From Antedon mediterranea (taxonomy: Eukaryota; Animalia; Echinodermata), in the NCBI RefSeq assembly GCF_964355755.1, contig NC_092671.1, forward strand, positions 38,574,304 through 38,638,303: a stretch of 64,000 nucleotides of DNA. The letters are read 5' to 3'. The notes beneath the pieces are model-generated. The model was given only the letters and a program-made list of their open reading frames with translations. It had not been told where the DNA came from and made no database searches. Shown here piece by piece: positions 23,301 through 35,890 of the stretch; position 1 is the first letter of the stretch, and every line of letters starts with the position of its first letter. Both the position numbers and the translations under genes were made by a program.

Positions 23301-24625
23301 TAGTATATGGATTCAGAAACCTATGATGAGGTAGTATGTTAAAATTTAAATTACTATTGTGGCATGCTACAATCAGGAATGTGTTTTAATTGGTCAAACC
23401 TTAAAATGCGTTTACATCGCTATGATGTAGCTTGACATTTCTACAATGAAGAAATGTGTTCACCTTGCGATAACAAAACGCACCACATCATCAGAAAGTG
23501 TTCTTATTGGTAAAATCTAGCAATTCCCTTACATTGCACCATAATGAAAGCTTACGCTACATGCTGCTTGAACTATGACCTATTATTGCTCTACAAATTA
23601 TATATATATAAAAAGAATAAATTGCACATTGTTAATCAACTGGTATAATGATTTAGGTTTTAAATTCTTTCAATCTCATTGTAATAGACAAAGCAAAAAC
23701 AACATCTATATGATGATGGAAGGAGTGTGTTAGGGAATGAGTGATAAATAACAACAATAGCATGACTGGAGAAAAGACAACACACACATTGGAAGAAAAC
23801 CATCATTTAGCCATACATAAATAATACAATAAATTAATACATCCTCATTTTGTTATAAATGTCACCAAATACATAAGTACCAATAATAACTAGACTAGTT
23901 AGGTTATCTGAGTAAAAACAATGAGCTATATAAAGCGTGGTTCCCACTAGCGACGCAAGGACGTAACGCAACGCAAGTGAATTGACCAATCACAAGCGAT
24001 GGCTTATTCGCTTGTCATTGGTTAAAACGCTTGCGTTGCGTTAACGTCCTTGCGTTACGTTCTAGAGTCTGCTTGATTGAATATAAATACATTACAAAAG
24101 AAACAATGTTGAAATACAATAATACAAATAACCAAAATAATTGGTACAGTAATGTGACTTATTAGTATAGTTGTGATAGTGTATTCAAAATTCTGTATTA
24201 ATTTGTTTGATTGGATATCAAAAAAATTAATTATTTCACCCTTTATTAAATAATACCATACAAAGTGGTACATTAATTGCCATAAAGATGTATTGTCTCC
24301 CTGAAAAAAATAATTCCTACAATATTTTTTTTTAATATGCCATTTTAATGCCAGCCAAGGGTTTTTGGTTGAATTTAATCATTTATTTTGTCATTTTATA
24401 ATTTGTTTTTCTATGGAAGAGATTTACTACAAAATAACCTATTCAAAGTCTGATTTAATTAATCTTCATTTTTCATGTTTTTGGGGGACAATACATCTTT
24501 AAAGTTAGTTGTTACTTTTGATCTGTAGCCATACTTTCCCCTTCTTCATTGTGTTATTTTGGATAAAAAAAAGCTGCTCAGGAATTCAAACAGTTGTAAA
24601 AGCATATAAGAATCTACTTCCCTTA

Positions 24626-27600
24626 TTACTGCATGTTACTGTTTGTATCTAAAACTGCGTTAATATATTGAAAGCTGACTCTCTCCATCCAAGTGACAGT
24701 GTTGGGTTTTATGTAACCACCTTCGTAGAAACCAAGATGGCCGCCATGTTTGGTTGTTACGTACATCGCCTTGTCTGCTGTTTTTATGTAGGAATCAGGC
24801 GTTGTGTTGTACTTTGGTGGAATAATGGCATCATCTTCAGAATTTAGCATCAACATTGGTATAGTCACCTTTAAAAACAAATTATTATAAAATAAGGCAT
24901 AAATAAATCTAATCTAATTATCAAATAATATTATATAAACAGATAAATTTTAAAACTTTTTTACAGCCATGATAAAAAAAGCGAGGGCGCTATGACAATC
25001 AAAATATATTTCAAACCCAATAAATAGATGGAATTACACACAACTGTATATTTCAATATATTAGGGCTACTATCTATTTGACTAGAGAACCTTTGAAAAA
25101 TACTACAGCAGACACCTAGGGACCCACTAAAAGAGGGGGGGGGGGGGGGGGGTGTGGTAACTGTTACTTAATATTGACCTTATTGACCTTCTCAAAACTT
25201 GAAAGTAAGTACATAAAATTACCTTGTGAATGTGATTACTAGAACTACACCAAGAATAGAAATCATCCAAATTATCAAATCCAAGCATTTTTCTAAAAAA
25301 AAGTAAAACAAATTCATTATAGTTTGCAGTGTCCCAAAAAACTATATGAAAATTAAAATATAGAATTCATTATGACATTGCACCTACTGTTTTTTATCCC
25401 GGAACAACTTCCCCCCGCCCCCACCCACACGAAAAATAAACCCCACATTTTTGCATAAGCTTGCATTACAAAATCCTTGTTTTTAACCATAGAGTGAATA
25501 GTATCCTTTTTTCACAGTGTTTTACACCAGTGGAGAGTACATTAGCTTACCTGTTTAAATGCTCATCTATATGTACTAAGCTGGTAGACTTAAAAATTTC
25601 TTCTACATCATACGAAACATCGGCACAACCATTTTTCTTCCTGAAAGCTGTAGCGCCCTCGCCAAATAACATATGGCTGTTGCGGCGGATGTATTTCTTT
25701 AGGTTTTCTGCCATCATGAAGCAGTATAAACGACGGAATCCGTCCCACTCGTGCAGAACATCCTTTGCCCTGAAATATTCAGTAAATAGTTTTTATTATA
25801 TAACATCTAAACAAATTCCTGTAATTTGATTGGACGATTGTGGGTCAGATGGTGTGCAATAGTACGCACAATTGAACAGGCATTCAATAGTATATTTTTT
25901 CGTGTACGAAAAAAAAATCTTTTCGCAACATTTTTTTTAATACTATTGCTTTAGAAATACAACAGCACCACCTATTTTGTACTTTCGCAGTGAAACTTGA
26001 ATGTTATGAAATATAACCTTTCATCATTCACCTCATGCCATTATTTGTACCATTACACTCATAAACATTCATTACTTGTATATTTTTTAGACAAATTGAG
26101 GTTACACAAATTATCTCTTGATGTTAGATTTTAAAGATCAAATTATGATTTCAATATTACAAAATTAATAAAAACTTACAATGTAATGTCATATCCTTGG
26201 CATATAGATAAGGCACACTCAAAGTGTTTCTGGCGCTGAGGTTTTTCACCTAGATACTTGACAACGATGTTAGCTCCCATGCTGAAGCCAACAGCTATCA
26301 GTTTAGATGACGCAAAGTTCTTCAAAACATAGTCAACCATTCCTGCATATTCCTCAGTACCACCTGGAAAAAAAACCAATATTAAGCAGTATTATAATGC
26401 ACTTATTAATAAGCTAACTGAAAATGTATCTTAAGCTCTGTCTACACTATCAAAAACTAGTTTGACAAAAAAAGTGTGATGTGCCAAAATATGGTAGTGA
26501 TATGACATCATCATGTCCATATATGGGCACATCACATTTTGTTGTCACATAGAGTTTGATAGTGTAGACAGAGCTTTACAAAGTGAGTGGGATTTGTATA
26601 TAGAACAAAGGGTCACAGCAACAAAATGGAAAAACAGATTGTATATGCAGACTTTCTCACAAATGCGGTGGATTATCTACCTCATATAGCATCAGAGACT
26701 CTTGGAAAAAATGAAATATTGGGAGCAACACATAGAGGGCTATCATTTTTACAAAATATATCCATACTTAGAGGGTGCTATTAAAATAATTCTAGCACCA
26801 GTGGCCATATCATAGAATAGGATAGGCCATATGATAGAATAAAAAATAAATAAAAAATTAAAAAAAAAAAAGTCTTTGTTTATGTAGAGCATCTTGTGTA
26901 TATGTTTGTCTTGTGAATGGGATTGCCACCTTTGAGAAGGATAGTGAATGAATTTCACTTGTGGTTATCCTTGGCAATTTGCCTAAAATGAGAATATCAC
27001 CAATCACACTTAAGTATCATATTAAGTATTTTACTTAACTCAATAAATATTTAAGTATTTCCTTTAAATTGTATTCACTTAGATAGGAGATTTTTTTAAT
27101 TTTAAGGGTTTTAAATGGTGAATTAGCCTAAGTGTGAATAGTGAATATGGCCACAGCATCTTTGGGAGGTCTGTAGCATTATCAACTTGCCATAAGTAAA
27201 GATCCTTGGAGTTGTAAGTTTGTGTGACTTTAGCACACCTAGATGGTTGAGCACTACCATTCGGTAGCCATTTTGTTGACCATACCATGCAAAAGTTTCT
27301 ATGTAGGAATTATCACTTGTGTTAGCAATACCAGGTGCTATGCAAATTGTATAATCATCTGAAAAGATAACAAAAAAATGATTGTATTATTATATTACAT
27401 AACCACATTTGTCAGTACTTTTCACTACCTGCTCAACACAAACTCATTTTAAGTAAATTTACAAAAACATTTAAAAAAGAATAAACCACCCTTGCTTACC
27501 GTTACTTGAATGAGTTTTTTCTGGCTCAAAAATATCAAAAGTAAATGTCGTCTTATCAGGTAAAACAACAATCTTTCTGGTTCTGCTTCTGGTTCTTTTT

Positions 27601-28154
27601 TTTATAGAATGCTTTTTAAAACGACCATGTTTGGCGTATATAAACGTCTGTAAATGCCCACTTTTCCCCCATAGTAAAGTTGGTTGATATCTGTGGAAAA
27701 GTTATGGAAATTAAACTAAGTTTAGAAATAGTTACTCTCAGAGGAACTGGTGATAAGCATTGAGCACACGAGCTACAATATGTTACAATAATTGCTTACA
27801 TTTATGATTTTCAGTGGTGTAACAGCTATGAGTGCTCACTGGCTAAACCCAGGGGTCCCTTAAGCTCGGGGCCCCAGAGCATGAGCAGTCCAATGTAACT
27901 ACTCAGCATTGGAAGGAAGGCCTCTAATCCTGTGCGTTATGCCACTGTGATTGTTACTTGGCCTACATTTTATCAATTATAAAAGTGTTAACTACTTACA
28001 TTTCATTTAATATCGGACATGCTTTCTTTACTTCACAGTTGAACTTTGTTTCTTTGAACTTTACTGTTGGAGGTACAGCCCTTGTGTTCAGATTTAAAAT
28101 CTTCATTAAAATGTACAGAATAATTGCCAGAGCAACAAGGTAGATTGAATCCAT
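24626..28154 (-). CDS. ABHD2: ABHD2 monoacylglycerol lipase ortholog; coding exons ~28154-28000, 27690-27500, 27358-27191, 26363-26180, 25769-25551, 25292-25223, 24868-24626; probable 5'UTR exon ending at 30569
   Basis: N-terminal TM + LNLN..PP; LLWGKSGHLQT; PGIANTS; GFSMG (Ser); SICQGY; NSEDD (Asp); HGGHLGFYEG (His); colinear with vertebrate ABHD2 as I recall it. Confidence 0.9.
26434..26575. mobile_element. MITE family A, full copy, TTA TSD
   Basis: tta|AGCTCTGTCTACACTATC...GATAGTGTAGACAGAGCT|tta. Confidence 0.9.
27812..27947. mobile_element. hAT-like MITE (same family as 58181-58373)
   Basis: CAGTGGTGTAAC...GTTATGCCACTG termini; left arm shared with the 58181 copy. Confidence 0.7.
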
Positions 28155-28363
28155 CCTGTCAATCTTTGAACCAATCAACTGCTACTAAAATGCCTATTCA
28201 ATCATTCTATATAAAAAAAGAGATTCCACTTTATTTTTTTGTTGTCCTTTTTTCATGTGTATATCATGACGTTGATTGGGGCAGGGAGAGGATAACATCT
28301 AATCATGGATTAATTCCTTAATCCATGATCTAATCTAGCCATGGTATGATAGATAGGCTAGGC

Positions 28364-30137
28364 CATAGTCAATATGGATTACGGCCGCTTGTTCAATAAC
28401 GGTAATTTGTATGGAACGCCGTGTGCGCTTTGATTGTCGTTGTTTTGTAATCTTTGATTGTCATTGTTTCGACAGGTTTTCTTTTTCTCAGACGTAAATA
28501 ACAATCTACATTATTATGTAATATATTCTCTTTTTTTACAGATTGAATGTGATACGTTCTTTTAAACGAAATGGCGAATTGATGATTACTTACTTTAACT
28601 GTTCTAAATGATATACAATATATGTTTAATGAAGTCAATATTAAAATACACTGTGGTGTTTGTATTGTATATTAATATAATATATAATAAGCCAATTATT
28701 AAGAATAGTGTATATATTTTTTCAATAAAGTATCAAAATATATATATTTGTTATTGTATATTAATTAATTAGTAAAGTAACTACTGTAGTACGTGTTCGC
28801 AATCATAATTTAATTACAATAACATGATGACATCAATTTAATTATTTAATATAATATCCTAAATTGTTTTATACCTTCAGATATAAAAATATTGATCAAT
28901 TTAAAATGAGTTTTAAATAATAAAATAAGATGCAAGTGTTTGTACGGTACGGTAATTAATTACGCGAATTTCTGCTAATAACTCGACTGGCGGCCGGCCA
29001 GGAACAGTGCTGTAAAAGGTCACGTTTTCGTCTCACGTTGCTTTATTGAAAACACAAACAATGTATTACAATGGAATATAACACACCCTATTACTAATAA
29101 TAAAAACCAAGATTCGATAGTACAGTGTAAATGAAATATAAATATTCGGCAATACCGTACGTAAATTATTAATGCCATACTGTATAAAGATTCGATCGTA
29201 TGTAAAATGAGATATAAATATTCGGCAATACCGTACTTAAATTATTATTGCAATACTGTATGAAGATTCGATCGTATGTAAATGAGATAAAAATATTACG
29301 TACGTAAATAGTGCAATACTGTATAAAGATTCGATAGTATGTAAATGGGATATTAATATTCGGCAATACCATACGTAAATTGTTAATGCAATACTGTATA
29401 AAGATTTGATAGTATGTAAATGAGATATAAGGATTCGGCAATGCCGTACGTAAATTATTAATGCAATACTGTATAAAGATTCGATAGTAGTAAATGAGAT
29501 ATAAATATTCGGCAATACCGTACGTAAATTATTAATGCAATACTGTATGAAGATTCGATAGTATGTAAATGAGATATAAAGATTCGGCAAAACCGTACGT
29601 AAATTATTATTGCAATACTGTATGAAGATTCGATAGTATGTAAAAGAGATATAAGGATTCGGCAATACCGTACGTAAATTATTAATGCAATACTGTATAA
29701 AGATTCGATAGGAGAGTGCTCAAGAAACGTCGGGTCAGTTCAACATTATTTTTTCCCTTCACTGCCAATGTATTTTTTTTTTAAAAGAGATATAAAGGTT
29801 CAATAGTACTGTAGATTATGATGCAAACGTAAATTATTAATGATTCGATAGTATGTAAATATATTTAGTTAGTTAATATTAAAATACAAATAAAATATAC
29901 ATTGATTTATCGGCAGGCAAACTTAATAATTATTATAGAATCATAAAGATTCGATAGTACATGATTTAGCTTTATTTATTGGTTTGACCATACATACAGC
30001 TGTAACTCAACTCGCCATAGGCCATGGTGTTGACAATGACAATCAAAGATTAAAGCGCACATGGCGTTCCATACAAATGACGATATTAAACAGGCGGCCG
30101 TTTTGGTTGGCGGCCGCTTCGACCAATATTGACTATG
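28364..30137. mobile_element. Non-autonomous DNA transposon with CATAG...CTATG termini (P-element-like) carrying an internal minisatellite
   Basis: ~100-bp imperfect TIRs (CATAGTCAATAT...ACGGCCGC...GTATGGAACGCC.TGTGCGCTTT); 7-bp direct repeat GCTAGGC on both sides. Confidence 0.78.
29110..29710. repeat. ~76-bp tandem repeat (~8 copies) inside the P-like element
   Basis: ATTCGGCAATACCGTACGTAAATTATTAATGCAATACTGTATAAAGATTCG... units. Confidence 0.92.
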
Positions 30138-30764
30138 GCTAGGCTAGGCCGGCTAGGCTTTCTTAGCTATAGAGAGGGGGCCCATCTCAGCTCCTAAAGC
30201 TTGGTTCCCACTAGAACGTAACGCAAGGACGTAAACGCAATGCAAGCGTTTTAACCAATGACAAGCGAAGTTATAGACAGTTAGCAATCACAAGCGAATA
30301 AGCCATCGCTTGTGATTGGTCAATTCACTTGCGTTGCGTTACGTCCTTGTGTTGCGTCGCTAGTGGGAACCATGCTTATAACTAGGCTAGGCTAGGAATC
30401 ACCAACCGGCCTGATATATTGCTTTAGAGGCCTAGCCTAGGCCATCCAGTGAGTCTATACTAGCTAGGCCTATCTAGCTAGCTAGCTAGGTAGGTGGTAC
30501 TAACTACTTTTATTCTAATTCTACCTTTTACGCTTAACTAGGCCTAACCCCGGATGGATTCCACTTACCTCTCTTGTCTTAACTTATTATTGTCTTAAAA
30601 TAAACCAAAAAGTAGCTCACGGTGGTGTGATGAGATTTATTACACAACAACTTTACATCCCCTATCTCTTTTATTATCAGCTCTACATCCGGAATCGTCC
30701 ATTATTCCATAGGGGTTAAAAATAAGAGAAAAGAAGAAAAGAGACACGGAAAGTCGCGAACGAT

Positions 30765-31345
30765 ATTATTATTATTTATTCAGGCAAAAGATACATTTTA
30801 CAAAATATAATACAAATCAACAAATTAAACAAACACAACGCAAAAGAAATATAAGTCACTAGCTGTCAGGAAAGCACAAAAGCAGCCTAAGCCACTGTCA
30901 CCAATTAGGTGTGTACCTCCTCCAACCAGTGACTAATACAAATAATAGTAATAATAGATAATGATAAAGTTAATATCTTAAAAAAAAAAAATAAATGAAA
31001 TTATATTAAGCCTATAGTTTATATATGTATATGCTAAATTAAATTATAAATAAACAACTATAAAATAAAATTATTTTTTAATTTACATTAAAATATGTTT
31101 TAAATGTTAATACTAAATTGAGTACAAAGTACTGTAATATTTCATCCCAATTGTTTATCCCAATTGTTTATTAACTTTATCAACGGGTAAGTAATGTTCC
31201 CTTAGGTTACTTTTAAATGTACTCCATTTTGATAAGATAAAAGCATTCTTAAATCCATGGGTAATGCATCCCAAAGTCTACAAAACCGTACAGGTAAGCA
31301 ATGCAGTGCACTATCAGTCCGATAAATGTTAATATTTCCTGATGA
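30765..31345 (-). mobile_element. 3' end of a LINE with (TAA)n tail; same family as 59390-59596 (+)
   Basis: Reverse complement shares CACCTAATTGG..ACAGTGGCTTAG.CTGCTTTTGTGCTTTCCTG and AAAATGTATCTTTTGCCTGAATAAATAATAAT with the 59.4-59.6 kb copy. Confidence 0.7.
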
Positions 31346-32215
31346 CGATGGTTTTTTTTTTTATATGTGAACTTTATTCAATCAATCGTACATTTGTTAT
31401 AATGGTAACCACAATAAGGTATAATATTACAGTAGATTTTTACAAACAAAAAAAACAAGACCAATATAAATATAAATTATAAAATATATACAATGATTAT
31501 TTACAGTAATGATAAAAATAAAAATTAATTGTTTACATTGACTATTATTGGAAACAGAAGTTGAATAATATTCAATGGTTAATATTAATCAGTTCATTTA
31601 AGTATTCATTGTTCATATTTAATGCTTTACATACAAATAATATGCTAAAAAAATCTCTGAGGGAGTTTAAGTCCATCATTTTTAGCCGAAGAAGTCTCTG
31701 ATCATATGGCTGTTCAAGTCGATGTTGATGCAAAATCATTCGAGTCAATCATATCACGTCCGATACATCGGACGGACTGACATTTAAATCTAATCATAGA
31801 ATATCTCTATGATTTCAATAGCAGTGACGTAAAATTTGATTATCATTTGAAAAGTTTGATTAGAAAAAATATAATATCGATATAATTATTATATAATTAT
31901 ATCGATATATGAAGTCTGAATAATGGGGGAAACATAGTCGGAAATTTTCTCTTTTTCTACGTTTATTCATTTCACATTCATTTATACTATTATACGAATC
32001 AAGTAATAGAGATAAAGTGTAATAGCCTCAATTTGAATTAGTCGCTATACAATTTTATGAATGTGTATAGCCAAAATTATGTTGTTTTTTTTTGTTTCCG
32101 ATCCTGCTAACTAATGAGGACAACCTAATACTGAAAATTGTTTTAACGATTTTAATGTCACGTCACAATGTGTATATTTATGTGAGAAATGAATTTACAA
32201 CACGTGCCATTTTGT

Positions 32216-32882
32216 AGACCCGGTTTCACACTGCATTTCAACGGCGCATGAGTGTGGTGGACGCGCGCATCATAACTTTGATGATTTATTACCAAATTTA
32301 ATAATTAGTAACATGCAAACAAACTCATCTTTGCTCGAAAGGTCCACATGTACAAATTAAGGTTTCCATTTATAATGATGGGCGGCAATGGCTATAATAT
32401 TCTAATGCGAACTAAATAAAGTTCATATACATAATTTTTTTAATACATTTTATAATTTCATATAATATCTCTATAAATCCGTCTAGACATAAATTTGCTA
32501 TTGGGTGAAACATGCTCACAAGCGATTTCGTTACCGTAGAAACGACCTTCGTGTGTCTGTGTGAACGACTACTGAGAAGGACATAGAAGTAACGTGATCT
32601 GTTTAACACGCTTCATAGCGTGTAAAAACGAGATATCGTCTGCCTGTGTGTTCATGCAGCCTGTCAACAAACCTCAGTTTGAACAGGATTTTGGAATTGT
32701 TGGACTTTGTTTGAAACATTTTGTTGAGTTTTTGCCGTGTCTTCCATTTGAAAATGCAATAACTTTGTTGAAAACAATGAAGTTACTTCTGTAATTATAA
32801 TAACACTTTTGCAAGAACCATCGGTGAATGTTTTCAAACTGGTGTAAAAAATTGCTCAAATTCGCTCAGTGTAAAAGCGGCC
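32216..32882. mobile_element. Degenerate element with Harbinger-like TIRs directly upstream of the HARBI1-like gene
   Basis: GACCCGGTTTCACACTG...CAGTGTAAAAGCGGCC imperfect inverted termini. Confidence 0.45.
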
Positions 32883-33059
32883 TAGCTTGATGACCGTGTA
32901 CACACAATAGACTGTTCCTGCTGCGTCGTGTGAATGCGGTAATCAGCTATCGCACAAGCCTGGCCAAATGAACAGTGTGTTGCAAGTTTTACGCTCGAGT
33001 TTGTGATCGTCACAGTATTGCATAAAAAAACAACCGGCTTTTAAAGTAAACAATTTACA

Positions 33060-34460
33060 ATGGCAAGTCAACTTGAAACTTTAAATATTTCTCTTGCAAT
33101 TATGGAATTTGTTACTCAATGGCAGATGCAACAAAGACAAATAGATGCTAGGCTGTTACTTCTCAGACGAAGAAGAAGAAGAGTTGCTTGCCAGTTGAAA
33201 ACTATGATTGAAAAAATGTACCCACCACCACCAACTGATGAGGAAGTCGAAGAGGCAGAAACATCATCACCACAGGAGTCGAGTAAGAGAAAGTATAAGA
33301 AAAGAGCAACAAAGAAAAAACAAGTTACTCCAGAAAGTATTGATGGCATAAATCCTAAGCCAAGAGCTTGGACTTTAACAAAAGAAAATCACTGGTTTGA
33401 GAATGATGTTCCGCAATTCACAGATTTGGAATTCCTCGAGCACTTTCATGTCAGTCGGAAAACTTTTAAACTCATTTGCGACCATCTTCAAAGCGATCTC
33501 ACCAAAGCTCACACGAACATGCGGCAAGCAATCAGCGTGGAGAAGCGTGTTGCTGTAAGTTTATACATGTTGGGGAAGTCAAAAGCGTGCACCTACAGGA
33601 ACATTGCTGATTTGTTCTCCATGGGGAAGAGCACTATTGGTGGTACATTGTATGACTTCACTAAAGCAGTCTGCAAACGTCTTCTGCCATTGATCAGATT
33701 TCCCTCAGAAGAATCAATGAGCGACATTGGAAAAGGATTCAACTCTGCCGTCGGGTTTCCAGATTGCATCGGTGCACTTAACTTTATCCACATACCTCTT
33801 TTTACGCCATTAGGTTCAAGTCTACCGACGGACTACTTGAACGAAAATGGCTGGTATTCCATGATCTTGATGTGTGTGACCGATCATCAAAATCGATTTA
33901 CTTACGTTAAAAGCGGTTTCCCGGGCAAGTTGGACAATTTGGGTATATTCAAAGAAAGCAGTTTAAATCAACTCGCTACCGATGGAAAGATTGTACCAGA
34001 AAGTCAGGATGTACATTTGGTGGCGGATGTCGATATGCCATTACAAAATTGGCTTTTAACACCATTTGTGGATGATGGTAGCTTAAACGAGGTTCAGAGA
34101 CTGTATAATAAAAGACTGCATTCTGTACTTGATTTCTCACAGACAGCAATGGAGAAACTTAAAGGACGTTGGGGGTTCCTTTTAAACAAATGCAACAAGA
34201 AACTTGACAGAGCGGCAAACATCTTCATAACCTGTTGTATTTTGCATAACATATGTGAGGAACATGGCGACGGATTTCTTGACAGTTGGATGAACGAAGT
34301 GAGACTAGCCGATGCAGCAGCACCTCAACAGCCAATTGGGGTTCCGTTTGCGGACGATTGTTCAACGGATGCGTTGGTGAAACGGAATGAAGTTGCCTAC
34401 AACTTGCAGACTCTAGGAATAGTAGACATGAACATAGAGATGGAAATGAACCAGCCATAA
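33060..34460 (+). CDS. Harbinger/PIF transposase-derived protein (HARBI1/ALP1-like, DDE_Tnp_4 fold) with degenerate catalytic residues
   Basis: Intact 466-aa single-exon ORF: F..HFHVSRKTF, MRQAISVEKRVAVSLY (HTH), GFPDCIGALNFIHI, LMCVTD...F, FPGKLDN, LVAD..PLQNWLLTPF, YNKRL, LKGRW, CCILHNIC. Confidence 0.9.
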   Translation: MASQLETLNISLAIMEFVTQWQMQQRQIDARLLLLRRRRRRVACQLKTMIEKMYPPPPTDEEVEEAETSSPQESSKRKYKKRATKKKQVTPESIDGINPKPRAWTLTKENHWFENDVPQFTDLEFLEHFHVSRKTFKLICDHLQSDLTKAHTNMRQAISVEKRVAVSLYMLGKSKACTYRNIADLFSMGKSTIGGTLYDFTKAVCKRLLPLIRFPSEESMSDIGKGFNSAVGFPDCIGALNFIHIPLFTPLGSSLPTDYLNENGWYSMILMCVTDHQNRFTYVKSGFPGKLDNLGIFKESSLNQLATDGKIVPESQDVHLVADVDMPLQNWLLTPFVDDGSLNEVQRLYNKRLHSVLDFSQTAMEKLKGRWGFLLNKCNKKLDRAANIFITCCILHNICEEHGDGFLDSWMNEVRLADAAAPQQPIGVPFADDCSTDALVKRNEVAYNLQTLGIVDMNIEMEMNQP

Positions 34461-34668
34461 ACTGTTAATCCCAGGAAAAAATTAATCTGTTCTAAAAAAA
34501 ATGATTTGTTTTCACTTTTAATAATCAGTTTTTATTTAACAATTTTTATAAATGATTGTTAAAAAAAATTATTTTCAGTTTTGATAATCAGTTTTTATAT
34601 AATTGTGCACTAAAAATGTTGTCAAAGTGATATGCTATATTATAGTTATTTGGAAACTGTAATCCTAA

Positions 34669-34825
34669 AGCCCTGTCTACACTATCAAACTTTATGTTAC
34701 AAAAAATGTGATGTGCCCATATATGGACATGATGTCATATCACTACCATATTTAAGCATATCACTACCATATTTGGGTACATCACACTTTTTTTGTCAAA
34801 CTAGTTTGATAGTGTAGACATAGCT
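34669..34825. mobile_element. MITE family A, full copy, TAA TSD, just downstream of the HARBI1-like stop
   Basis: taa|AGCCCTGTCTACAC...GTGTAGACATAGCT|taa. Confidence 0.88.
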
Positions 34826-35595
34826 TAAAGTAGCAAAGGTGCGACACTTCCTGTGTCAATATTCCTTCCATATTAATCAACATATGCTATCAGGCCAATT
34901 AATGGACCTATAAATTAGATTTTATTTATATTAAATAAAATTTAAAGGTCCATGGTTGAACAGACATATTTTGTAAAATATGTTTAAAACATTTAATTTC
35001 AGTGCCATCAGAATTGCATGTTTTTAATCATCATTAAGCAAGGTACCAAAATGAATGATGGTTAAAGATATATTGTCCCTCTAAAAAAAATTTTTTCTTT
35101 ATTGTTCTTGAATATGCCATTTTAATGTAACATAATAGTTAATCACTTCGACCAAAAACTGGATCAAAAAAAAAAAATAATAATTTCCCTGAAAAAAATT
35201 TAATTTAAAGCAAAATATACTCCAAACTCCAAGTCCAATTTTATTAATCTTTGATTTTAATGTTTTTGGGGGACAATACATTTTTAACATTTCAGACATG
35301 AAACTTATTTTTTGTTTATTTGGCCTAAAATGCTGCAATTGTGATGCATTATGCAAACAAATGTAACGACCCATTACAAAAATAATATTTATCAAGCTTA
35401 TGTATTTACACGCTTATTGTACAAACAAGTACAGTATTTCTTGTTTATTCAATGTAAATAAAAAAAAGTTACGGAAATATTGTGTTTAATTTTATTTTGT
35501 ACAAACTATACAGTATCAACAATGATAAAATAATAAATAAAACCCTTTTACAATTAATATTTTGACTTGGATTAAGTTTGGAAACGTGACTTCTC

Positions 35596-35890
35596 TAAGA
35601 TAAGATAAGATAAGATAACTTTTATTGATCCTCAAAAAGGAAATTCATTGCTCGTCATAATAACAAAGACACAATACAAATATAGCATAAAACCATTCAT
35701 ATAAAAACATCTAAAAAATACAAAATAATATTATCTTCTTGACTTCCTGTTGTACTGGATGATACCGGAGGGAATAAAGGATTTGGCATATCGATTTGTT
35801 TTCACACTGAGGAGCCTCAATCTACCACTTGGATTAAGTTGGTCTATGATTACTTTGTGGAGAGGATGAGAGGCATCCGACTCAATGCGT
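35596..35890 (-). mobile_element. 3' fragment of a Rex1/Babar- or L2-like LINE
   Basis: Minus-strand peptide ..PSGRLRLLSVKTNRYAKSFIP..; (TAAGA)n tail at the 3' end. Confidence 0.6.

Noticed and set aside
29169-29665. Repetitive ORFs (MPNPYISFTYY...)
   Set aside because: Translations of the 76-bp tandem repeat; no coding features
34901-34954. Another ATGGACC...GGTCCATG palindrome as a P footprint
   Set aside because: No flanking 7-bp duplication, so not counted
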